Origin: Octopus sinensis | Lineage: Eukaryota | Direction of reading: 5' to 3' | NCBI RefSeq assembly: GCF_006345805.1 | Contig: NC_042999.1 | Location: 93,124,001 to 93,188,000, forward strand | Length of the DNA stretch: 64,000 bases | Part shown: positions 42,271 through 55,720 of the stretch, piece after piece | Numbering within the stretch: position 1 is the first letter of the stretch | Layout: the number at the start of each line of letters is the position of its first letter | Notes under the pieces: generated by a model | Databases searched by the model: none | What the model was told of the DNA's origin: nothing | What the model saw: only the letters and a program-made list of their open reading frames with translations | Translations under genes and position numbers: made by a program

Positions 42271-42944
42271 GCCACACTGATATATGCCCGACTTTATACT
42301 TCCTTCAAGTAAGCTCAGTAATTTTGTATTATTTGGCATTAAAATTTCCTCTGTTTCAGCAACACAATTTGTCCCTCTTACTCGCACATGTGTTTATATA
42401 TTTTTATAGAACTACGTAGAGCAAAGTAACCCTCCCTCATCTCTCTCTCACTCTCCCTCACTTCCTCATTGAACACAATTCGTCATCTTTACACGCTCCG
42501 GTGAACATACCTAATCCATAGCATCCACACCGATCATTGTATACTCTCGCTCAGCGAAGCACACATCCCCTCGTACCATATTTCTTTCTGTCTCTTTTCT
42601 CCCCTTCGCCTCTTTTATCTTCTTTTCTTCCTTCCAGTACATACGTCCGTGTATCTTATTTACTAAAGTACGGAACACCTACCCCTTCACTGCCATCACT
42701 ATTAAAGTCGTGAATTTGTATTACGATTTCATGATGCATTAGTTGGTGAAGTGGCAACCCACAGAGCTTGCTCTGTGAAGAGGGAATATTCCCTGCTATT
42801 TAGGCAGCCTACAGTAGCAGAAACAAAATCTTCCAAAGGCCACCCAAATCATATTTCTGTATTAAAACTGTCGATGGAGTTATTATTGTTCAGGCCTTCT
42901 ACTATAGGCACAAGTTCCGAAATTTCTGCTAGTCGTATACAACG

Positions 42945-43680
42945 GGTCCAGGCGAGTTTGGCTAGAATAATTCGCCTAAAGGCAATTTGTCTAAATCAGT
43001 ATTAATCTAGAATCAATTTGTCTAAATCACAATCTGATGACTTCGTATTTTTTACTCATAATTCATAATACTTTGGGTTTAAAACTAGCTGTTAACTATT
43101 TATAAAAAAAGAAACACTAGGATTATTGTAATTCAAAATGCATAAAAAGCAAAAGATAATCTTTACTGAAAGGATATTTTCAATCTTAAAAGGAAAGGTT
43201 GTGTGCTATACCACGAACGTAATCAATAATATTTTGTGGGTCAAAATTTTGAACAAGACATTTTATTCATTTTGTAGTATCTCGATGGCACTTTTTGGGA
43301 GGTTCTGGCTCCATTCTAACAATATACTGCCCAATCCGAATTTCATTTAGACTTTGTTCATTTTGTAAAAAGTTGATAAATTTCCAGAAGTTGGGGTGAT
43401 AAGTCCCAACGTGGGTTTCGAATGCTCGATGCCATCCTTCGACAGAGTTATTTGTTTTGGGCAAATCATCAAGGACTCTTAAATACATATTCCACATCTT
43501 TAGTGGGAAAAGAGGTGGGCATCGCGCATTCCTTCTGTTAGACTTTCCAATCCACCTATCTTCGAAATAATCAATGATTTCTTGTGCTTCATCAAGGAAG
43601 GTGTAGTTATCACATAATAACTCAAATGCTTTTGTTACTGTGCCTACTGGAAGAGCAAAGAGCAAAAGCAGTCTGCAAGG
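42945..43680 (-). mobile_element. MULE (Mutator-like) transposase 3' fragment and terminal region
   Basis: ORF 43267-43665 with YFEDRWIG, PLKMWN, PKTNNSVEGWH, HPNFWKFI motifs of MULE transposases; reiterated GYCTA(G/A)A sub-repeats at 42945-43030. Confidence 0.85.
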
Positions 43681-44750
43681 CTGTAAAGATCAAATACTGA
43701 TCAACAAAGCCATAACTGAAGACAGTCGCAGAAATAAGAAGGGTCTAAATATGACCTGGATGGATTTCCAGAAAGCTTTCGGTAGTATTCCACACACATA
43801 GATCCTAGAAACATTAACCATGAAGAAGGTAGCACCGATAGTCAGAAGATATATAAAACATTCTATGAATAAATGGCAGACAGTGCTATAACTCCAGACA
43901 AAGACGGACTCATAAAAACCAAAGCCACCCCAATTAGAAGAGGAATATTCCATGCACGCACACTCTTGCACTTCTTTAATGCTTGGCACTGACACCTTTA
44001 TTTGACATGCTAAACAGAGCTGGATGTGGATACAAAAGTTACGGCAAAACAATCAGTCATCTTTTGCATACGGATGACTTAAAACTGTACGCTACAAATG
44101 ATAAACGGCCGGAAACATTACTACAGACAGTACATGGACTTACTAAATAAATAAACATGAATTCTGGCTTAGAAAAATCTGTCAAAGCAACCCTGAAAAG
44201 AAGAATATTAGTTAAGAGTAACATCACACTAGATAAAGCAAATAAAATAAGAGAATTAGACCAAAGCCAGACATACAAATACTTAAGAGTCAATGAACTA
44301 AACACAGTACAAAATTGATAAAGAAAATAAAAAAAGGAATACCATAGACGAGCCAGATTAATACAGAAAACAAAGCTCAATGCGAAAAGTAGATAATAGT
44401 TATATAACACTCTAACTGTCCCAGTTAAAAGTTACAGCTACAATATTCTCAACTGGACTCTATATGAACTAATTAAAATACACAGGAAAACAAAAGCAAA
44501 AACGATTGACAAGATTTAGGATGCACCTGCCAAAATCTGACATAGAAAGGCTTTATATAAAATGTATCGAAGGTGGTAGAGGCCTGATATAGCTGGAAAA
44601 CTATTACAAAATAACCACCATAGGACTACGGAAATACCTACTTCAGAAGCAAGGAAAAACATAAAAAAAGCAAAAAAATTATTTTCAGTCTTAGAGGAAG
44701 CTGACAAATACATAAAGAAATCATAGTAACTAACAACTATGATTAAAAGA
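43680..44750 (+). mobile_element. R4/Dong-like non-LTR retrotransposon RT fragment
   Basis: GCKDQILINKAI, WMDFQKAFGSIPH, IRRGIF, SHLLHTDDLKLY peptides; frame-broken. Confidence 0.78.
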
Positions 44751-44829
44751 AGAAACAATAAAAGCTAAGTAAAAGTTGTAATCCAAACTAAAACTGAAAC
44801 AGAAATTTAGTAGTTTACATGACAGGCTG

Positions 44830-46800
44830 AGGGAATAATGGAGGAATAATACCAGATTGGAGGACTAGAGAGAGGATAATACGTATTATGAAGGATAAGA
44901 TCAAAAGTAATACAGCTAGCAAGTATAGACGAATAGCTCTCTTATCATAAGTGTGGAAACTGTTGACAAGAATATTTTCAGAAAGCATTTGCCAGCACCT
45001 TGACAACCAGATATTACTACCAGAAGAACAGAGATGGTTGCAGGAAGAAAGCCAGAGGAACGCATGAGCTCTTATTTATAGATAAAGCAGTTCTAAATGG
45101 AGTACGACCTAGAAAGAAAAATTTAACAATAGCATGGATAGATTATAGGAAAGCCTTATGACTCATGGATAAGTCAATGTTTGAGTATGTTCAGTATTGC
45201 AGACAACATAAGAGAATTAATTAGCTTTAGGGTGAAGGAAATTGAAAGTAGGTCTATACTTAGGTGACACACTCTTGGGTAAAGTTAATATTGAAAGAGG
45301 GATTTTTCAGGGGTCTCGTTGTACCCTTTAATAATTGTTTTATGCTCGATTCCCTTCAGTTTTGTATCAAGAAAGGTAAAGGCAGGGTATCTGTTCAGAA
45401 ATAGTAATGCGAAAATTAAGCAAAGGTATAGGCATGGAATTTAGTGTAGATAAGCGTGCAATATTCGTCATGAGAAGGGGAAGGTAGTCAACAGCGAATA
45501 TTATCTAACTGGCGAGAGAAAGCATTGTATAGTAGATTCCCAAAGATAGTTTCAGCAAATTATTGTAGTGAGATATGTTTATGGCTGCAGAAGTGAAATA
45601 ATAATAATAATAATAATAATGTGAATGGAATAAAATCCAAGCAGTTAATACATGGGCGTTAGCATCATTTTGGTATGGAGCAGGAATTATAAAACATGGC
45701 AAAAGAGAGAAAAAAAAAGACCAGAAAAATATTGACAGTACACAAAGCGACTCCGATTAGTTGTACTTGTCCGAAAGAAAAGGTGGGTGGGAGGTCTGAT
45801 AAGCTGCTACAACTGTATTGAAGCAGAGAAAAACAGTCTAGTGTGGTATATAAAAAATGCCGTGGAGCCACTTTGAAATGCACGAAGTAGGCTGGCGTCA
45901 TGAAAATTGAAATCTGTGTAACTAAGGAAAAACTTTAACAAGAATGAACAAAACAAGAGAATCATGTAAAGAAAAGAAAATGTACGATCAATTTGCAAGA
46001 GATGTGAACGCGAAGACAGATACAGAGGACCGGTGGCTATGGATGAAGAGGAGTGACCTGAAGATAGAGACAGTCGCACCCATATGCGCTGCTCAGCCAG
46101 AAACGTTAATGACCAATTATATGAAGTGCAGAATAGACAACACTACCGATAGCGGCAAATACAGAGTATGTGGTAATAGGGGTGAAAAGGTATGACACAT
46201 CTTTAGCGAAAGCCCTAAATTGGCACAACACAAATACAAAAGACACCATGACAATGTGGCAAAAATTATCCATTGGGAGCTCTGTGGAAATCACGACATA
46301 CAAAGAGCAAAGACGTGGTATGAGAAAAATCCAGAAGGAGTCACCGAAGTTGCAAAATCCTTTGGGATTCAATGATATAGTGACCAGATATCGGAAACCG
46401 GATATTGCTTTGGCGAACAAAGGAGAAAGAACATGTATTACAATCGACATAGCATGCTCCGGTGACAATGTGAAAACATCAGTTTGAAAGAAGAAAATGT
46501 AGTCAACTATGACGATTTAAAGTGGGAAATACGAATGTTGTAGTCAATGAAGAGAGTAGATGTGCTACTAATAGTAATTGTTTCATTTGGCTGTATCAGC
46601 ACTCAGCTACCAGCATGGCTGAAAGAGATCGGTGCAAGTGTGGAGGTAGAACAACTACAACAATCAGTATTGCTGGAAACTGCAAGACTTTTTCGTAGGG
46701 TTCGTGAAGCATGACTAGTAAACAAGTGTCCACTTAATCACCTGGATGCAGGCAGCTGATACTTTCCATCATTTCAGCAAAATAAGCTCTAAGTCTTCAT
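44830..46800 (+). mobile_element. R4/Dong-like non-LTR retrotransposon (RT remnant, CCHC, REL endonuclease, 3' end)
   Basis: YRRIALL, LPEEQR, AWIDYRKA, RGIFQG, ETVAPICAAQ, YRVCG, RKPDI, VLLETARLFRRV; ends in a TAA-rich tail. Confidence 0.82.
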
Positions 46801-47097
46801 ATAATACTAATAACAATGATTTCCTTTATCTGCCACAAGGGCAGAGGATGAGTGAGACAATACAAAGACAGACATAAAGTGTGGGGAGTTTACAGATAAT
46901 AGCATATATTGAAAAAGAAGGGACATATGCATACCGTACAAAGGTTTAAGAAAAATATGGGAAGGGATCATAGAGATGTGGCACTCCTGATACAGCTAAT
47001 ACTTCACCTAACATTCCTGCATTAATGACCGTCGAAATATCGTTGAATTTGGATTTCTTCATAAAAAATGCACGAGAAATATGTTATGGAGTAAATA

Positions 47098-47238
47098 TAA
47101 GGTTGTCCCAAAAGTTCGTAGAAAGTCTTGGAAAATAATGGTCTTTAATTTGAGGAATAATTTTTGTTGTTTTTGTTAGTACTTGGCGAGTAAAAATTCA
47201 ATTTTCGCAAGTGTTTACGAACTTTTGGGACAACCTAA
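47098..47238. mobile_element. Mariner-type MITE (141 bp)
   Basis: TIRs TAAGGTTGTCCCAAAAGTTCGTA / TACGAACTTTTGGGACAACCTAA with TA on both sides. Confidence 0.88.
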
Positions 47239-47562
47239 TACTACTGCAGCAAACATGAATATTTTGACGGAGTAATTTTTTTCCGAAATTATATACTAAT
47301 TTGCATAATTAACGTAATATTTTTCTTCTCAACGTAATATTTTCCTTCTTTTCTTCTAATTTGTGATAATTTGCAATGAGTATTGAAGTGCTTGCGAGAA
47401 TATAAAAATTATTAGTTATTTGATCTGGCAATAAGAAGTAATTTCAAACAATATCATGTAGGCTATATCAAACGATTTGCACTTATGCAAAATTTTGACC
47501 TTTCCGCTACTGAGCTCAAACATTACTGTCTAAATCTTCAAACATTTGCTCATTTACACACA

Positions 47563-47606
<44 letters not shown>

Positions 47607-47849
47607 AAACACACACATACACAAGTATAGTTCTAAGCTTGCATCTGATTCTATGTGAGCGCGTTTGTTGGAATTGAAGAAGTTAAATCGCAACAAATTC
47701 CTGAGAGCAATTAAGGTCATAAAGAGCTTTCTCTTAACTTGTTTTACTTTGAACATGGGAAACACTCTTTCATCGCAACCAACTGTTCGAATTGCAGCCA
47801 AATGGCTGTATTCGTTAATATGCAATCATAAAGCATAAATCTACCACAG

Positions 47850-48180
47850 CATATGTGAACTCGCATGGTTCAGCGGTTAGAGCGTCGGGCTTACAGTTGT
47901 GTGGTTGTGAGTTTTGATTCCCAGACTGGGTTGTGTGTTGTTTTCTTGAACAAGACATTTTCTTTCATGTTGCTCCAGTTCACTCAGCTGTAGAAATGAG
48001 TTGCAACGTCACTGGCGCCAAGCTGTACCGGCCTTTGCCTTTCCCTTGGATAACATTGTTGGCATGGAGAGGGGAGACAGGTAGGCATGGGTGATTGCCG
48101 AACTTGTACTTCGGAGAGGAACTTTCTAGGTGCAATTCCATGACCATTCATGCCTAAAGGGGTTCTTTACCCTTTTATCT
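47850..48180 (+). mobile_element. tRNA-derived SINE (third family)
   Basis: TGGTTCAGCGGTTAGAGCG A-box, GAGTTTTGATTCCC B-box, CACTCAGCTGTAGAAATGAG core. Confidence 0.75.
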
Positions 48181-48992
48181 TTAGCCTATCAGAGAATATA
48201 CCGAAATGTTTGAAATAACTATTTTGACCATTTCCAGAGCTAATTATTCATAATACCTGTTTATCGGCATCCAGAGTTAAAGTGCAAAACGTAAGGATGT
48301 AGCGAAAGCATTATTAAACATTTTTATCGTTAGCGTGTCAATTCAATGTCACATGATATTTAGTCGGTTGATATCCCCGACTAATATTCAACTCATAGGG
48401 AGGATATATTCCAATAAACAAAACGATCACCGACTGCGGGATACACTTTACAACGAAAGTTTCAGATATTATCCTAGAATATGAGATAAAGAAAGTGTAA
48501 ATATCAGTAATTATCAATATGGACTAAGAAAAAGAAATGCTTCTTACCTTGTACGAAGGGAGGCAAACATGTATATTTTAATTACTTTCTCTTTGAAAAT
48601 CAACCATGCGCATCTAGGCAATATATGTCAGTCATACACGGAGAAACTCGTGTATAAATATATGTGATTCTGTGTATGTGTTTGTGTGTGTCAGTGTATG
48701 TATGTGTGTGTACACGCGCGCGCGTGTTCTTGTGTGCAGCCAATAATCACTGCAACAGAAATACTTGAAAGCTAGTTATGCATCAGAACATGTGAGATGA
48801 CATTTGTTTTCAGAGATACGCTTTGGGCATCATGACGCCAACATTGCAACATAGTCGTTGCTTTTGATATCATGTTGCCGATCAAATCTAGTTTTCCAAA
48901 GAGACCATTTAACTTTACTGAATAGTTACAATATTTAATGGCATATGAAGTATTTCATTACATAAAATATTGATATCGTACATTATATATTC

Positions 48993-49025
<33 letters not shown>

Positions 49026-49033
49026 ATATATAT

Positions 49034-49070
<37 letters not shown>

Positions 49071-49779
49071 AGAGATGATGTGAAACTTTGTCCGTCGACG
49101 TTGAAAATTCAGTTGCTTCATCAGTTGGAATACATTCTCACGAATTAATGCGTAGGGAGTTGAGCATTCTGCTGAGCTGACACTTGTGCAATTCATGTAG
49201 TTCTTAGTTGAATACATGTGAAGACGTCTATGATTGCGAAAACAAACCAACATTTACACAGATTCCTTTGAGATTGTTTTATCCACATGTGTGGGACAAG
49301 ATAATGTAACATAAAAAACTCAAAAGAATATTTGTCCAAGTGTACGTACATACCTATGTACGTACGTACATACATGGTATAAATATGTATGTATGTATAT
49401 ATATATATATTCGTCTAGTTTAGCTTGGGCAATGGTCTCATAATGTACTCTTAAAAGCTCCCTTGCTTTTAGCTGTAGGCTACTTGTTAATTCCATTGAC
49501 AAAATCAAATCATCATCACGACACTTTCCATTGAAAATAATACAATAAAAGAACAGGCAAGATAATATTCATATTAATGATAGCGTCTTCGACAACATTT
49601 CTGGCTGATAGCAATTTACTTCTATTTAGAAGATAGAATTGGAGATGATGTTCTATCAGCTATTATAAGTCCTACGTTTGCCTCTTCCCTTCCAGATCAT
49701 TTATATTTAATTTGAAAGTTCCCTTGCAAGGTAACTCCAAGAGAAAATCAGAGAGCAACAATACCTATTTTTTCTTATT

Positions 49780-51090
49780 TTCTATGAATTAGAAAAGGCT
49801 TTTGAAAGGGTTTCAATGTGTAAGGTTCTTCATCGTTTTGGATGTCCTGATCACATTATCTTTTTCAAGCAATGCATGACTACGTCTGGACGTGTATTCC
49901 ACCAAAACATGCTCACAGAAGAATTTCCAATCACATGCGGATGAAAGCAATGTTGTGCCTTGGAACCTACGCGATTCTCCGTGTATCTGGTTAAAATGCT
50001 TCACGACGTTCCCCCAGACAATCTAGGTGTTGACATCAGATATCGATATCATAGACTTCTCAATCTTAGTAGACAACGATCTAAACATCTAACACACATG
50101 CAACGCGTCTCAGAACTTTAATATGCTGATGACAACGCTGCCCTCTGTCAGAAAAAGGAAAACGCCAACGGCTTGTGGACAATTTCGCTGTGGCCTACCA
50201 TCACTTCGACTTTACAGAAAGCATCAATTAAGCCAAGGTCCTTGCACAACCAGCTCCAAACATCACCTTGATAAATCATGATGTTACTATCTCAGATACA
50301 CCTTTCGGAAAAGTAGAGCATTTTCTATATCTAGGAAGCCTTGTATCAAAAACGTGAATCTCAGAAAAGGATTGGAGCTGCAAACGGGGCATTTGGAAAG
50401 TTAACCAAACGCGTCTTCAACAACAAAGATCTTAACTTAACAAAAATTATGGTTTACTGTGCTATTGTAATTTCAACTTTTCTATATGGCTGCTATACCT
50501 GGAGTCGTTGTATCGTTGAGACATCCAAGAAGTAGTACACTTTCACAAACAAAAGCATCGTTCAATCTTGAGCATCAAATGGGAACACTATGTATACCCG
50601 CAATCAAAGAATCAAATTGCTGATCACAAAATACCGTCTTTGATGGTCAGTATATGTAGCAAGAATAGAATAATCAAGGTTACCACACCAAGTCTTCTTC
50701 AGTGAGCTGACCACGGTGTTGCCTTTTTCGAAGATACACGGACCAACTCAAAGAAGCCCTGAAAGCCGCTGGAATTGAGAGGCTAACTCCTTTGAAACAC
50801 AAGACCGAGACCGTATCAAGTGGCGGTGTTCCATTACCATCTCAACCAAAAACCTCGAAGCCACCAAAAAAGAAATGGAAGAAATCAAACGCCAGAAGAG
50901 AAATGCTCGAGAAAATCAACCTCATCCTCCAACAACACTGCCATGCAGTCAATGCCATCGACTCTTCTATGCAGGAAATGGTCTGCAAAGTCATCAACGG
51001 CATTACCATGAAGGAAGCGTTCCGCAAAGAAGAATATACTCTGATACGAGATGAAGCGAATGACAAATTTCAAGTTAACGAACCGTAAAA
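49780..51090 (+). mobile_element. RTE-like LINE, 5'-truncated RT and C-terminal region
   Basis: LEKAFERV, YADDNA, VEHFLYLGS, RIGAANGAFGKL, YCAIVISTFLYGC..W peptides; frame-broken. Confidence 0.8.
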
Positions 51091-51374
51091 CTCTCAATGT
51101 CATCCGTTGGCTGTTGTCTAAAATTTTACAGATTTTATGTTCTGTAATGCCCCGCGAAGCTAGGTTTGTATGCATTAATACTTACTACAATTCTACCTAT
51201 CATCTATTTAAGAGGGTGTACTGTTTATTTATATGATTTCTGCCTTCCCTATTTACTAATAATTTTCTAGTTCAGTTGCCCTTTTTAATTTGCCCCGGTG
51301 ATCTTTAAGTGGCATTAATCTCTTCTGTGAATCTACTTTTGTATACACATTGATTAATATTGGTGATACATATA

Positions 51375-51790
51375 CTCTTTACTCTTTTACTTGTTTCAGT
51401 CATTTGACTGCGGCCATGCTGGAGCACCGCCTTTAGTCGAGCAAATCGACCCCGGGTCTTATTCTTGGTAAGCCCAGTACTTGTTCTATCGGTCTCTTTT
51501 GCCAAACCGCTAAGTGACGAGGACGTAAACACACCAGCATCGGTTGTCAAGCAATGCTAGGGGGACAAACACAGACACACAAACATATACACACACATAC
51601 ATATATATAAATATAAATATATACGACAGGCTTCTTTCAGTTTCCGTCTACCAAATCCACACACAAGGCATTGGTCGGCCCGGGGCTATAGCAGAAGACA
51701 CTTGCCCAAGATGCCACGCAGTGGAACTGAACACGGAACCATGTGGTTGGTAAGCAAGCTACTTACCACACAGCCACTCCTGCGCCTATA
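51375..51790 (-). mobile_element. Full-length tRNA-derived SINE family A
   Basis: Minus head GGCGCAGGAGTGGCTGTGTGGTAAG..GTTCAGTTCCAC; well-conserved body with internal microsatellite. Confidence 0.88.
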
Positions 51791-51954
51791 TATTGAATTA
51801 ATTGTGATTTTAAACTTACTAGATAAGGTTCACTTTTTAATATTTAATTATCAATTATAGTTTACCCAGAAAATTGAACCCAACAATTGGGGTACTATAT
51901 TAATGCATTAAATAATTTTTCCTTCGTGTATTTCCGAGATAGATTCTAACGAAC

Positions 51955-52002
<48 letters not shown>

Positions 52003-52528
52003 CCGCACACACACATACACGTACATACATATACGTATATGCATAAATGCGCATACACATGCTTACACACACACGCACATATATATACACACATATGCTG
52101 AGATATATATATACAAACTAGAAATTAGAAAAAAAATTCGCATTATCTATTTATCATCACCCGTGTTTCATCTTCCAATAGGAGTTACAAATTTGTAATT
52201 TCAGGAAAAACATGTAATATATCTCCTATTTGATTTACTTTAGGCATCGAATCAAATAGAATTATTTGATATATTACATACTTTTTCTTACATTTACTAT
52301 GTGTGTAACTGCTAGTATCAAAGGAAAAATACGTAATAGTGAATAATTAATACCGACAATATTCTCCAATATCCTCTTTTGTATATAATTACTCTGCAAG
52401 TATTATTTTCCAGCATGCATCAACACTTATGCATACCTCGTACAAGTATAATATCTGCATACAATTTTGGAGTATAGGAATATGTGGATGGGATTCACAA
52501 GGACACATCTTGAAAGCCTATCTGCATA

Positions 52529-53774
52529 TACAGAGTGGTATCAAAATGTTCTCAGAGTAGTTCTGTACCGCAGCAACAGATAGTGACGCACAGTTGCGTG
52601 TGCAGTGAGAGCTAGCAGTGACATTCATGAGGTAGTGTGCCAAGTGATATAGTTGTGTTAACAAGTGGTGAAATTGTGTTTCTGTGATCAAATGTATACC
52701 GTAGTTTGCGATCTTCTCATAAACAAGAAGTTGGAACATGAAATTTTGCATTTAACTTGGAAACTTGGGAAGGCTGCTACAGAGAGATTAATCATGCGTT
52801 GGCAAGTTAACGGCCATGAGGAAATGGGTCGTACGCAATGTTTCAAGTGAGACAGTTGCTTCAAAAGTGGAAGACCGTCCCTGGAAGATGAGGAACGATC
52901 TGGAAGATCTGCCACGAGCAATGTGGAGATAATTCATCAACTTGGGCCTGAAGATTGTCGGAGGACAATCAACGACATTGCTGATGTTGTTGGTCTGTCG
53001 TATGGGTCAGTGCAGGCAATTCTGACGCTTTTGTTGAACAAACAGAAAGAACATCGCGTGAAAGACTGTCAAGATCTCCATCAGCGTACCGCCGATGACC
53101 CATTCTTCATATCGAGAATCATCAATGGTGACGAGAGTTGGGTCTAAGGGTACGACATAGACGAAGCGGCAGTTGTCACAATGGAAGAGCCCTTCATCTC
53201 AAAGGAGGCACCACAGAGTCTCAGCTTAATCAAGAGCAAGTTTATTGTTATTTTCGACATCCGCGGTATTGTACATCGAGAATTTGTCCCCCAGGGCCAC
53301 ACCAACAATCGAGAGTTCTACTGTGACGTTTTGAAACGTTTGAGTGAGGACATTCGGTGAAAGTGACCGGAACTGTGGAGCGTAAAGTATTGGATTCTTC
53401 ACAGCGACAATGCACCCTGTCACCAAGTTCTCACTCGTGAGTTTCTAACCAAAAACAATATGGTATCACTTCTGCACCCGACCTATGAACCAGATATGAC
53501 ACCTGCAGACTTACGTCTCTTCCTCAAGACACAAATGCGGCTGAAAGGTCGCATTTTAACACCGTTGCTGAGATCCAGAGCGAATAATAGAAGGTCCTCA
53601 ACTCGCTTTCGCAAAGCAACTTCCAGGTCGGGTTAAAAAATGGGAAGGAACGCTGGGACCAGTGTGTTGCTGTGCAAGGTGACTCTTTCGAAAGGGAGGA
53701 TGCTAAAACATAGGTAAATAAGTGAATGTTTTATTAAATATAACAAGTCTGTGAGCTTTATGATACCACGTTCC
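52529..53774 (+). mobile_element. Old mariner transposon relic
   Basis: Degenerate TIRs (GTGGTATCA..A..T..CAGA) with TA flanks; FKSGRPSLEDEERSG, INGDESWV, HSDNAPCH, HPTYEPDMTPAD peptides. Confidence 0.85.
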
Positions 53775-54208
53775 TATATTTATATATGTGTATGTGTGTG
53801 TACGTGTGTGTGTGTGTGTGCATGTGCGTGCGTGCGTGTGCTTGAATGTATATGCGTGTGTGTATGTTTGTGTGTGTTTGTGTGCGTGTGTATATAGTAT
53901 ATATAAACAAAAGTCTCGATTTTTATAGACATGATATTTAGCGTACTTGTATTTCAGAAACCAGTCTCCTAAACAATGACATCTGAAATATACCGTAACT
54001 TAATATAAACTCTCTGTAACGATAAAATTTTATCTCGAATTGAGTATTAACACAACTATAGAGGTTTTAGCAAACATACAGGCATATATACCTTTGCATC
54101 TATGTACACCTGATGTACGTATGAATGTATGTATGTATGTATGTATGTATGTATGTATGTATGTATGTATGTATGTATGTATGTATGTATGCATGTATGT
54201 ATGCATGT

Positions 54209-54250
<42 letters not shown>

Positions 54251-54719
54251 TAAGGTACACTTTAGGCCTTGACCTAAAGAGTAGCCTGCGGCATACACCT
54301 CGCTTGGATATTCACGGCTTCCGAAGTACCGTTTGCTATGAAACATAAGTAGCTAATTCATGTTCTCTATTCCTTAACTCTTGGATTTTTATTTGCACAC
54401 CTGGCAACCCTTGCTTCCTACTGTGAAATCTAATATAATTTTTTCAGCTTATTGTACTTCGATACGGAAACAATCCATAACCTACCACTCCAAGAAACCG
54501 CTATTGTTCCTGAAAGTGGGCTTTTAAAAATATTTTCTACATATTGCTTGAATTTCACTCTCCTACTACACCTGGATCCTTGGATACTACATTTATAAAT
54601 ATATATATATACATATACATGAATACATACATACATGCATGCATACATACATACATGCATTCATACATGCATGCATACATACATACATACATACATACAT
54701 ACATACATACATACATACA

Positions 54720-54786
<67 letters not shown>

Positions 54787-54814
54787 GTATGCATGTATGT
54801 ATATATGTATATAT

Positions 54815-54990
54815 AAATTTAATCCAAACAAGAAAGCACAAAAAAACAACAACGCGAGGATGTGCAGCAAATATTGTATTATTGGACGCTCAGGAAAGAA
54901 GGAAAGAAGGAGGGTTTAACGCTTCGAGCGGAGCTCTTCGTCGGAAACATAGGAGAAGGAAAGATCACAACCTAGCCCTTGAACTCCATA
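54815..54990 (-). mobile_element. Short microsatellite-abutting repeat with degenerate minimal hammerhead (54914-54948)
   Basis: Homologous to 22190-22380; minus strand GTTT-CCGACGA-AGAGCTCCGCTC-GAAGCGT-T-AAAC. Confidence 0.6.
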
Positions 54991-55374
54991 CAGATAATAT
55001 TCCTACAAGTATTCCATAGTTATTATTATAAAAGTGAAAGCTTCTATGTTCTATTCCTACTAAAACAAATCAAACTTAGCTAATAATATAATTCTAAGTG
55101 AATTATACTATTTCATATCCCCAAAGTTAATAATCAAAACACTCCATACGTATTTAATATATGTTATCCTTACATGATTTAATGATAAACTTATACTAGT
55201 AATTAATAGATAATACTAAAGTATCCTTATTAAACCAGAAGCTAATAAAAGAATACCTATAATTAAGAATTATTATTAAAACCTTGCTACGATTAAAGCA
55301 AAATATATAACCCTTTAAAATCAAAGTATTACCACTTACATGTTATCTGGACACACCAGGTTCAAGTCAACTGT

Positions 55375-55508
55375 TTTCTCAAAGGACTATTTGGTTGCGT
55401 GGTGCGTAGTCCAATGCTTCCTCAAATGTCTTAACTATCAGGTGACATAGTGCGTAGTCCCCTATTTTCTCAAATGTCTTGAACTATTTTGGTGACGTAG
55501 TACGCATT
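55375..55508. repeat. ~49 bp tandem repeat, about 2.5 copies
   Basis: ACTAT...GGTG.C.TAGT.CGTAGTCC...CTCAAATGTCTT recurs. Confidence 0.7.
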
Positions 55509-55641
55509 TTGATTGACCTGCAAACAGTCCAAATATCGACAACCTAGAATCCAGGGCACTACCTAAACACAGAGGTCCCACTCAAGTACATATGTCCCAA
55601 TGCATCTACGTGACGATATGAAGAGGAAGGTTAGCTTCAGT

Positions 55642-55696
55642 GTTAGTTTTTAGGGTTAGTTTTAGGGTTAGTTAGCGTTAGGGTTAAGATTAGGGT
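55642..55696 (+). repeat. Short degenerate TTAGGG-like cluster
   Basis: TTAGGGTTAG units with variants. Confidence 0.7.
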
Positions 55697-55720
55697 GTCA
55701 TTACACGTCCACGCAGCGTA

